Source: the human T2T-CHM13v2.0 reference genome, Homo sapiens
Direction: 5' to 3' (one strand)
NCBI RefSeq assembly: GCF_009914755.1
Contig: NC_060925.1
DNA: 64,000 nt
Numbering within the stretch: position 1 is the stretch's first letter; every line of letters begins with the position of its first letter. Of the stretch, positions 29,441-40,900 are shown piece after piece. Both the position numbers and the translations under genes were made by a program. The notes beneath the pieces were generated by a model that made no database searches, was not told the DNA's origin, and saw only the letters and a list, made by a program, of their open reading frames with translations.

Positions 29441-31468
29441 ATCATTTTTAAAATTTTTATTTTATTTTTTATTTTTACAGGGTTTTTTTATTTTTATGGG
29501 TATATATTTATTTTTATGGGTATGTATTTAGTAGGTGTATATATTTAGGGGTTAGATGAAATATTTTGATATAGGCAGACAATGCATAATAATCACATTA
29601 TGGCGAATAGGGTATCCATCACCTCAAGCATTTATCTTTTGCATTACAAGCAACCCAATTACATTCTTTTAGTTATTTTTAAATGTACAATTAAATTATT
29701 ATGACTATAGTCACCCTGTTATGCTATCAAATGCTAGGTCTTATTCATCCTTTCCCTTGTTTTTTGGACCCATTAATCATCCCCACCTCCCTTCCATGCC
29801 CCCACTACTCATCCCAGCAATGATTAATTTTATCAAATGCATTTTTAGCATCAATTGAAATCATCATATGTTTTTTGTCCTTCATTCTGTCAATATGATG
29901 TATCACATTGGTTTGTGTGTGTTGAACCATCCTTGCATCCCTGGGATAAATCCCACTTGGTCATAATGAATAATCTTTTTAATGTGTTGTTGAATTGGGC
30001 TTGCTAGTATTTTGATGAAAACTTTTGTATTAATATTCATCAGTGATATTGGCCTATAATTTTCTGTTTTTGATGTATTTTTTCTGGTTTTCATATTAGG
30101 GTAATACTGGCCTTGTAGAATGAGTTTGGAGGTATTCCCTCCTCCTCTATTCTTGAGAATAGTTTCAGTAGGATTGGTATTAATCCCTCTTTAAATGTGT
30201 GGTAGAGTTCAGTAGTGAAGCCATCATGTCTCAGGCTTTTATTTGCTGGGAGACTTTTTATTACAACTTTGATCTCATTACTTGTTATTGGTCTGTTGAA
30301 GATTTGAATTTCTTCATAGTTCACTCTTGGTAGGTTTTGTGTATCTAGGAACTTATCCATTGCTTCTAGATTTTTCCAATTTATTGGCATATAATAGCTC
30401 ATAGTAGCCACTAATGATCATTTGAATTTCTGCAGTATCAGTTGTATTGTCTTCTTTTTCATTTCTCATTTTATTTATTTGGGTCTTCTCTCTTTTTATC
30501 TTCATTAGCCTGGCTGAAGGTTTGTCAATTTTGTTGATATTTTAAAAAAACAACTTTTTTGTTTCATTGATCTTTTATATTGTTTTCTTCATTTCATTTA
30601 TTTCTGCTCTGATCTTTATTATTTCTTTTCTTCTATTAATTTTGGATTTGGTTTGCTCTTGCTTCTCTAGTTCTTTATGATGCATTGCTAGGTTGTTTAT
30701 TTGATGTTTTTCTTCTTTTTTGATGTAGTCACTTAATAGCTCTAAACTTCCCTTTTAGTACTGCTTTTGCTGTAATCCATAGGTTTTGGTATGTTTTGTT
30801 TCCATTATCATTTGTTTCAAGAAATTTTTCAATTTTCTTCTTAATTTCTTCATTGAACTACTGGTTATTCAAGAGGATATCGTTTAATTTACATGTGTTT
30901 ATATTATTTTCAAATTCCTTTTGTTATTAATTTCTAGTTTTATTCCATTGTGGTCAAAGCAGATGCTTGAGGCTATTTCATCTTCTTTGAATGTTTTAAG
31001 ATTTGTTTTGTTACCTAACACGTGGTCTATCCTTGAGAATGACCCATATGCTAAGGAAAAATTGCATATTCTGTAACCCTTAGACAAAATGTTCTGTAAA
31101 TATCTATTGAGTTCATTTGGTCTATAGTGCTGATTACGTCAATGTTTTTTTGATTTTCTGTCGAAGATCTGTCCAATGCAGAAAGTGGAGTGTTGAAATC
31201 TCCAGCTATTATTGTATTATTGTATTGATGTGTGTTTCTTGTAGGCAACAGATCATTGGGTCCTATTCTTTTTATCCACTCAGCTACTTTATGTCTTCAT
31301 TAAATGTTATTATTGACAACATTTAATTTGCTCATTTTGTTGTTTATTTTATGACTGTTTTGTGATCTTCTTTTCCTTCCTTTCTGTCTTTCTTTCAGTG
31401 AAGGTGACTTTCTCTGGTGATATGATTTAATTTCTTGCTTTTTTTGTGTGTGTATTCCTTGTATTATT

Positions 31469-31469
31469 G

Positions 31470-31522
<53 letters not shown>

Positions 31523-31809
31523 TTGAGATGGAGTCTTGCTCTGTCTCCCAGACTGGAGTGCAGTGGCACGATCTCGGCTCACTCTCAAGCTCCGCCTCCT
31601 GGGATCACACCATCCTCCTGCCTCAGCCTCCAGAGTAGCTGGGACTACAGGTGCCCGCCACCATGCCCGGCTAATTTTTTGTATTTTGTTTAGTAGAGAC
31701 GGGGTTTCACCCTGTTAGCCAGGATGGTCGCGATCTCCTGACCTTGTGATCCGCCCGCCTCAGCCTCCCAAAGTGCTGGGATTACAGGTGTGAGCTGCCA
31801 TGCCCAGCC
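31469..31809 (-). mobile_element. AluY with (TAA)n tail
   Basis: AluY diagnostics AAGCTCCGCCTCC, CACCAT, GTTAGCCAGGATGG; perfect 12-bp TSD CCTTGTATTATT at 31457-31468 and 31810-31821. Confidence 0.92.
31473..31522 (+). repeat. (TTA)~16 microsatellite derived from the Alu tail
   Basis: Read directly; source of the poly-I and poly-Y ORFs. Confidence 0.95.
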
Positions 31810-32087
31810 CCTTGTATTATTTTTTATTTGAGATTACCATGAGGCTTGCAAATACTATCTTATAACACACTATTTTAAGCTGACAATGTTAAGTCAGGTT
31901 ATCATTGTCAGCTTAACAATGTTAAGTTGCAGCTTAACATTTTTTGCAATGTTAAGCTGCAATTTAACATTGCAAAAACAAATAAGCAAGAAGAAAACTA
32001 ATGAAAACTCTATAATTTTGTCCTCCCACATTTTACCTTTTTGTTGTTTCTATTTACATCTTATCATACTGTCTATGTCTTGAAAAG

Positions 32088-32416
32088 TTGTTGTTGTTTT
32101 TGTTTGTTTGTTTATTTTTTGAGACAGAGTCTCACTCTCTCACCCAGGCTGGAGTGCAGTGGTGCATATTGGCTCACTGCAACCTCGGCTCACTGCAACC
32201 TCCACCTCCTGGGTTCAAATGATTCTTTTGCCTCAGCCTCCCAAGTAGCTGGGAATACAGGCATGTGCCACTACGCCTGGCTAATTTTTTGTATTTTTAG
32301 TAGAAATGGGGTTTCATCATGTTAGCCAGGATGGTCTCGATCTCCTGACCTCCTGATCCACCCTCTTTGGCCTCCCAAAGTGCTGGGATTACAGGCATGT
32401 GCTACCACGTCCAGCC
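32088..32416 (-). mobile_element. AluSc-like with a 16-bp tandem duplication
   Basis: GGCTCACTGCAACCTC twice at 32171-32202. Confidence 0.92.
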
Positions 32417-32773
32417 AGTTTTTTTTTTATTGTTTCATCATTTAGTCTTTCTTACTTAAGAGTAGTTTACACACCATAGTTACAGTGTTATAATATTCTA
32501 TGCTTTTCTGTGAACTTACTATTACCAGTGAGTTTTGTGTCTTCAGGTGATTTCTTATTGCTCATTAAAGTTCTTTTCTTTCTGATCAAATTACTTCACT
32601 TAGCATTTCTTGTAGGACAGGTCTGATGTTGATGAAATCCTTCAGCTTTTGCTTGTCAGGGATAGTCTTGGGTATAAAGTATTAATTCATTGAAGGAAAT
32701 TTGCATTTATCTGATTATTAGTATGGTTGAATATGTTCTTATGTATTTATTCAGTTTTCTTCTGCAGAGTTTC

Positions 32774-34170
32774 TGTCTTAGTCCATTCAGGCTGCTATAA
32801 CAAAATACCATAAACTGGGTAGCTTATAAACAACAGAAATGTATTCTCACTGTTCTGGACCCTGGGAAGTCAAAGATGAAGGTGAAAGATGCCAGATGAT
32901 CTGGTGTCTGGTGAGGGCCCATTTCCTGGTTTAAAGAACAGTGTCTTTCACTGTGTCCTCCTCACATGATAAAACAGGCATGACAGCTCTCTAAGGCCTC
33001 TTTATAAGAGCACTGATCTTATTTTTAAAGGCTCCACCCTCATGACCTAATTACTTCCCAAAGGTCCACCTCTTGACACTATGCATTTGTAATGACATTT
33101 CAACATATTAACTTTTTGAGAATACAAACATTTATATTATAGCATTTCACTCCTAATCTCCAAAAATTCAGGTTCTTCTCACATGCAAAATATATTTATT
33201 TTATCCCAATAGCTCCCAAAATCTTAACGTGTTCTAGCATCAACTTCAAAGCCTAACTCTAAAGTCTCATCTAAATGTATCTAAATTAGATATGAATAAG
33301 ACTCAAGGTGGGATTTATCCTTAGGCAATTTGTTCTTTAGCTGTGAATCTGTGAAGTGAAAGGAGTTATATGCTCCCAAAACACAATAGTGGCACAGACA
33401 TAGAACATAGGAAATAGGAAAGAAATAGGAAAGAAAAAAGGGGTAACAGGTCCCAAGTAAGTCCAAAGCCTTTTGAGAATAATCTTTGACTGAAAATCTG
33501 ACCTCCAGGCTCACTGGCACAGAGGTCTTGCCTCTGCAACTCTGTTAGGCAGGGGTTGTTCACCTAAGGCCACGGGCAGCCCAGTTCCCACTGTTTTGGG
33601 TGGCCCCATTACTATGGCTTTTCTGGGCCCAGTGAGTACCACTGCTCTCACAGGTTGTATGCAGTCCCAGTGGTTTTACCAGGTTGGAATTGCAAGCCAA
33701 TGTTTCTACTAGTCTGAGGTTGAAGGGATGTCCTGACCCCATTGTTCCACTAGGCATTGCCCTAGTGGAGGTTCTCTGCAGTGACCTGGCCCTCAAGGAA
33801 GCCTTCTTCCTGGATCACACTTTCAAAGTTCCACATGGCTGTATCTTTTGAAATCTGGGGTGGGGGTAGCCATGCCCCCATGGCTTGGGCATTTTGCACC
33901 CCAAAAGATGCTGCCAAGGTTTACCACATGTGCCTTTTAGAGGGGAAGTCACTGCTGCCCATGCTGTATTGGGGTCCACCGAAGCCACACCTAGGGTGGC
34001 TGAGGAGTGCTGCCCCAGAATTTGGAGAGTGGAGCCTTGAGCTGGACAGCAAGCATTAAGGTAGTGAAGGTGCCCTCAGCCTCTTTGAAATCCTTCTGTC
34101 CCCAAGACTCTTGCACTTTGGCTCTATGTTGAAAGGGGTAGCCCCAATGAATCCAAAATGACATTGAGTA
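32774..34170 (-). mobile_element. MSTC/MSTD/MLT1A-like LTR (32774-33144) plus MaLR internal fragment
   Basis: TGTCTTAGTCCATTCAGGCTGCTATAACAAAATACC; LTR end TATAGCA followed by internal CTTCTCACATGCAAAATA. Confidence 0.85.
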
Positions 34171-34249
34171 CCTTGTTGAAGAGTTTGACATTGTATATTT
34201 TCAGAAGTCAAATGAGTGCCTTGGTCACTACCAATAATGTCTAGAACTC

Positions 34250-36400
34250 CTAGGGGATAGAGTATCTTAGTGAGGGCTTGTACTGTGACCTTATCCTACA
34301 TTTTGGGTATCTGTGAGGCAAGAGATTTCTAGAGATTTTTACTCCAAAGGGGAATCTTGGTTAAGAAATTGTTGCTGTAAAAATGTGTAGATGAGGCTGA
34401 TTGTTAGCTAGGATATCTAATGTTAAATGGCTGAGTAAAGTTCAGTCAGTTTTGCTGACCCTTGGTTTTCATCTTTGATCAGGAACATGCAGTTGAAGGA
34501 TGAAAAGCAATTTAAACAGCCCTCCAGTGAGCACGTAATGGTGGTGTGGCCATCCCTCTTACATGAACTTCTTTTACTGCTCACTTGGTTGATACCAAGG
34601 GGCTCTCCATGAAACTAAGGGGTACAGAAAAGGGCAACCTCCTCCATCACTGTGTCATTTGGCAGGGAAATGAGGGCAAGACAGCCCCTTCCCACTCCTG
34701 CAGTGGAAGACCAGGTTTAGCTCCACCGGATAGCAAGGAGACTTCAGTGGCCATGCTGAGCTCATGGGGTGCTGTTACCATACCCAAGGTGTAATGGGCA
34801 GCTGGGTATGGAGGGCCATAAGCTCAGGTCCTGTAACACCTCTGTTTCTAGGAGAGCTATCAATTCTAGCTAGCAGTTGTTACCCTAATGGCATATAATG
34901 TTGAGCCAAGGAAGGCAATTTCTTGCACTGGAAGCCCATGGGCAATATATAGCCATCATTTATATCTCCAAGACCCCAAGAGGAACAACAGGAGGTTGCT
35001 AAAGCTGCTAGAGTGAAGGAGCCTGATTGGGGAGCACTAATGTTCTACTGCAATTTGGACAGATGCTAGGGGCTTTTGTTATAGGAGGTTTAATTCAAAG
35101 TATGCCAATTTGTGAGTGACAGCATATATGGGCTTAAGTAAAATTTCTAAATAAAGAATATGTTGTCTCCAAAACCCAAAGCCTAAAAGAACTTTCACTA
35201 GTTTTAACATCATGGTTGCTGAGAAGGTCAGTAGCTGTTTCTTGACAGTATCAGGAATGGAGCAGCCCTCAGCTTACCAAACAATTTTCAGAAATTTAAC
35301 TGAAGTGGTGTGGTCCTATACTATGTGTGAAACAGTGACCAACTTCTCTCTATGAACTCCTTTGGGAGTATTTGTGTGTCCTCAATAAATGTATCAAATG
35401 GATCTCCATGGAGGAGGATGTCATGAGTATGATGTCATACCTGTGCTTCTGAGTAAAGTTGGATGCAATTAAGATCTTACCTACAAGGATTGTGTATGAT
35501 CACAAGAATGTTGATGTAGCCCATAGATAGCTAGGTAAGCACCTTCTTTTGTGTCACTTAAAAAGTGAAAGCAAACGACATCCAAGATTCTATTGAAATA
35601 AACACTAAATGGAATGTAATAGACAAATCTACAACTACAGAAGAGTCAAAGTATTTATCTGTTGCTGGTTGGATGGATTTGGTAATTTAAATAATCATAG
35701 GTATGGGCACCTTAATTGGTATGACTAGAGCATTAGCCTTATAGCAATCCACTATGAGGTGCCATTTATTTTTTCAGGTTTAGAAGTAGGTCAAATTGGG
35801 CTGTTAATTAGAGAAGCAGTAGGGATAACCAACTCTTCTTTAAATGTCTTGTATAATAGGTTTTAATCCTTGAAGGTTCTGTTTTACTTTATATACAGCT
35901 TGATAACCTGTTTTATCTGCAGTAAGATCCATAGGGTGCCATTTTATCAAACCAATAGTTAAGTGCCAAAGACTTAATTTAATTTCAGTTTATTGCTTGT
36001 TGGGTCAACAGCAGTCATGACCACTATGAGATACTTTAGAAAAATGGACAGGGTGACTATGGTATTTTGTGAAGTCTTAGTAAGTAATTTGTTTTCATTT
36101 ATGTGACCTCAGTATATCACATTGTAACTTCTCTTCCCCTATATGAGCTATCACCAAACGGGCCCATATATTGCACAAACTATCAGTCTTTCCTCAGAAC
36201 ACTCTATAGAATGGGGCCAATGCCTGGTAAGACACACACCAGCTGTCAGTGGTAAGAGATTTTCCCAACTCTAGTGTCAGTCATGGCTTGTGATGGAATC
36301 AAGACACAAACTACAATCTGAGGCACACAGATAGTAAATCTATTCTGGGACACACTCCCCATGCCATTTATAAAAGGAAGACTCCATTCCCACAGCACTG
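34250..36400 (-). pseudogene. Decayed class III (ERVL-superfamily) pro-pol internal region
   Basis: Manual minus-strand translation: VIPTASLINSPI (RT start, ~35830), LSMGYINILVIIHNPCR (~35530), V*HHTHDILLHGD (decayed YIDD, 35440-35402), APHELSMATEVSLL (~34770), GSAKLTEL (RNase H, ~34450). Confidence 0.75.
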
Positions 36401-37906
36401 TCACTAGACACTAATGGTTGAAAACTTCCAACTTATGTTGGTTAATTCTAAACAGACGCTTGGTAAGACTTGTAAATGCAGAAAAATCAGCACAACTCAA
36501 AGCACAAGCTTGCCAGCAGGTAGCAATACATTTCAAAAAGCATGTTACCCAGTAAGCAGCAGAGCCAGTTAAGCTCTCATTCATACCTTGTTTTCCTTTC
36601 ATGCTCGACTGCGATATTTTACTTTTTAGAAGTTTATCTGAAAATTCTTTGAGTTGTGGAAGGAAAATGGATTCCTTTAGAGTATTAGATTTTGCTTCTT
36701 TCAGGAACCTGAGGTGGTAGCTTAGGCTACTAAATTATATTATTTATGTAAAGTTTCTTTGGACCACCCATGCAGTATACATTCTTATTCCAAAGCCACT
36801 TTGAGGAAGTATCTTGGTGTTAAAAATTCTTGAGGAAGATATTTTTCCCTTCAATATCAAATCAAATCAATTTCAATATCAAAATCATGACAAGCAACTT
36901 TTCTTGTAGTATTCTTAAGGAGGGGTTAGTACATTTTAAATTCACTTTTGTAAGGAGATTGTAACCCTTGGTGGCCTCTTTAAGTGTATGTCTCCTATCA
37001 GACTCCTAAGCATAGGTAAACCCATAGACTTTGTATATTGTCCTCAATATCTCTTAAAAATCAAAGTAAGTTCACCTGGTTCATCAAACGACCACAAACA
37101 AAAGTCAAATAAAGTACTCAGCAACTTGTCTTGGTTTGTTTCTTCACATAAACTTTTTGGTGGATTATAGTTCATGTTTTTGTAAGTTTATCAGTGCATT
37201 TAAGCTCATTTATAATTTATGTGGAGGTTTGATTATTTCTTCAGTGAAGTAGCCAATCACTAAACTTAGTTTTCTTTTTATTTTTATATGTATTTTAATT
37301 ATTATTTGAAGTTCTCATGAACATCAAGAAGATACCTTTTAGAGTGAATGAGATTTTTTTTTAAACCTGACTATATAAATTTGGGCCTTCTTTTTGGGTA
37401 GAAACTATTCCTTAGAAAAGAAAAGATACTGTGTAATTTTATGTGTCTGAAAAAATGATTCTTACATAATGCACATATGGTAATTGGTTTTGTTATTTTT
37501 AAAAATGCAATTTAACATTTGATTTTAGACATATTTCCCTGGCTTTATTAGAAATGACAAACAATTGTTCCTTTAAAAATTAAATACTCATCACTTGCAA
37601 TATTTCTTATTTATGAAACTGCTTTTGTTTGAGATGTTAAAAACAGGGAGGAGGATATAATTTTTTCTCCTTATCACAGAGTAATGTGGAAAAATGGAGA
37701 TTCAATCTCATAGACTCTCATGTGAATATAAAAAGATTTCTCATGAGTAGTAGATTGTTATATTGGGGAGAAGCAAAGACTTTGGCTCCCAATACTTTTG
37801 TCATTTGTAGTGCCCTCACACAATAATGGTAGGCTTGATCATATCACAGTTTTGGTCAATGAGACATTAGCAAAAGTGATACAAGCAGGGGTTTGTCCTA
37901 TGCTTC

Positions 37907-40900
37907 TATTACTGGTGGCAAATCTATATGGGTCTGCAGCAACCTCAATTCTTGCCTCCTCAGAAGAAAGAATTTGACTGAGGGGCAGAAGTTAGAAGGA
38001 GAGGCCCAGGCAAGTTTTAGAGCAGGAGTGAAAGTTTATTAAGAAGCTTTAGAGCAGAAATGAAAGGAAATAAAGTACAGTTGAAAGAGGGCCAAGCAGG
38101 TGACTTAAGAGATCAAGTGCCCTGTTTGACCTTTGACTTGGGGTTTTATATGCTGGCATACTTCCAGAGTCTTGCATCCCTTCTCCCTTGATTCTTCCCT
38201 TCAGGTGGGCTGTCTGCATGCACACTGGCCTGCTAGCATGTGGGAGGTAAGCATGCACAGTATGTTTAGTGGAGTTGTATGCATGCTCACTTGAGGCATT
38301 CTTCCCTTAGCAGTTGAATGTCCCTGGATGGTCATATACCAGTTAAACTCTGCTATTTTGCCTCTTAATGCACATGCTTGAGCCCACTTTCCTAATGCCT
38401 GAGATCTTATTGGGAAGCTGCTAATCACCAGTGTCAGGTTATTTCTATCTATTGGGAGACTGCCTCTCCCTGGTGCCAGCAGGGACCAAATATTATTTTA
38501 GAGAGACAATTAACAACTGCCTAACAATCACCTGATGGCTGCCTGACATTCCTGATGTATGCGAGGCAGCCCTCCCCTGCCCTGTTCATGCCTGACTAGC
38601 CACTGTAATATTCTCCCACCCAAGAGACCAAGATCACAATTATTTGAAGAAAATGCATGAACCTCAGTCTTCTGTAACTGCTTCCTGCTTCCAGCGGGGT
38701 GATGGTGGTGGTTGTTCTGTGGATCTTGGCCTCTTTGCTAGATGTCAGGGCAGGAGGGTGGCTCCATGGGTTGGTGAAAGCAGTATCCAGCCAGGTCCAA
38801 GGGAGACAGGGACAAGATTTTGCCTCTGTCATGTCTCACTAATGGGCAGTCTGGGGGTCTGTAGAAGGGTTACTCTTGAATATTGAGAGGAAGTTAACCC
38901 TCACTGAGGATCATCTGGAGCTTGATGGCCTGAAGGCTAGAGGAAGCATATCAGGTTATTAGATTTAGAAGAATGTCAGAGCAAAATAAGGGAGTGATGA
39001 CAGCACCAAAAAATTCTGAGACTGCTGACACATCCAGGTAGCTGGTATTAATTACTATAGTCATACCTGCTAAGACTTTGCTCTGTGGGGTTGCTACCAA
39101 TTCCAAAATGTGCCCAGAATTAGCATATTGATCCAAATTTTTACATTACTCATCCCTCTTGTTTCTTCTGAGCTGCAGCCAGAGACTACTGGTTGATTCA
39201 CAGGAATAAGCAGGACTAGGCTAAACTGCAGACAAAAACTCCAAAACAACTGATAAGTCTAGAACCTAATAACAAGTGTGCCATATCTGTACCCTCTCCC
39301 CTCCCCTCTCTCTTTCCATCTCCCTTCCCTCTCCCCTTCCTTCTATTATTGAAACATAATTTCTCTCTCTCCAGTCCTAATTTTTATGAAAAACAAATTA
39401 TAATAAGTCTGATTTATTTGCAAAATAAGCTTTAGTCTTATTAAACTTGTCCTGTTTATTTGTATAAAGCACAGCAAGAATAATTATTTGTCACATAGGC
39501 TCCTTTTTAATTGGCTTTGATGGAACTTCATTCCATAAAGAATCTCAGATAATACTTGAGATTCTTAAGTCTTGAGCCCAGCCATGGGTTTGTGCCATCA
39601 AACACCTGTATGAGTTGGGTAAATTCCTCTCCTCTTGAGGTCCCAAGATAATTTGGGGCTCCCAGGCCTGTCACAAAGTGACATTCTTTACTTGCCATAG
39701 GCCAGGAACCCTGTACAGGGAATGTGTGGACAAGGTATGAGGCCAGTTTTTCCAAGGGGTTTTTATTGGCTGTATATGTCAAATTTGATTCCTTAAAGGA
39801 AAGCCCACCATTCAAGTCAAAACCTTGGTAAAATAAACAGTTTCTCCAATGTGTCCTGTTGCAAAAGAAAACAAATTCTTATTGTACTTATGCAAATAAG
39901 TATATTGCCATAAGTTAAGAATATTCACAAGTAGTTTCCAGATTCTGTGGAAATCAAGTAGAGAGAAAGCAATAGGCTCCAAATTTTGTTAATAGGAGTA
40001 TACTTTATGCAATTTTTTAAAAGCTGTAAATAGAAGGATTATTTCAGTTTTCTATTAGTTCAGTCCATGCAGTTAACTCCTGTTCTGCCTAATATTCATG
40101 AACATTTTAGCTGTCCATGAGAGTCCTCAACGTTTTTCCTTTATTCTAGTGTCACAAACTCCAAAGTTTTCAGAAACCTGCATGTAAGAGCACCTGTTAA
40201 AGTCTTATAGTTGATTATAAAACCACCTTTTAATTAGGATTAAAACAAGACAACAATTGTCTGTCAATAACAAAAAGTCTTAGGGCAGCCATAGTCAAAG
40301 ACACAATTGACAAAGAAATTTGTTACCTCTGTGAAACACAATGATTTAACATAACAATTATAGTGACTACTGATAATGTATACTAAGTCACATTAGAATT
40401 ACAGGAGTTTGGCACAAATTTGGAATACATGCCAATAACAAATTTATACAAATACAGACCAAAGAAAGCCAGATTTTACCTTTGCTTTAGTGTATTGTTG
40501 ATCTTAAATCCAATTCTTAATAAAACTTTAAACACATATCTATTCAATCATAATGTGTTTGACTGTAAGATTTCCATAAACCTTTTCAAACTCTTTAAAG
40601 TTTTCTGTTGAAAAAGAAGAACAATGCACTAAGAAAACCACCTTGTGCTTTTATTCCAATATTCAATTTATGAATAAACTGGATAGTACTCTTTTAATTT
40701 TAGCCAATATGTTTACATAAAGAATTTCCTTTATAGGATTAATTTTTCACAAATCTTCCACAACTTGCTCAAACCTTTAGCTTTATCCTATCTAACTTAA
40801 AATAATCCTTTAACCCTCTAAACTTTGTCAGAAATCTGCATTACCATGCCTTCTTATAATCTTTTTTACCAAAAGTACATTCTACTTTCCTTACAAGCCT

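Larger units (their letters stand above)
29445..32670 (-). mobile_element. L1MA2/3-like element with a large internal deletion, containing two Alus
   Basis: 3' end GGGTATCCATCACCTCAAGCATTTATC; ORF2 fragments IIAGDFNTPLS (endonuclease), SRIDHVLG and NYRPISLMN on the minus strand. Confidence 0.85.

Noticed and set aside
31300-31718. Poly-Ile and poly-Tyr ORFs
   Set aside because: Translations of the (TTA)n Alu tail and Alu body
31875-31978. Palindromic repeats as a CRISPR-like array or MITE
   Set aside because: No regular repeat-spacer period, no TSD, eukaryotic L1 context
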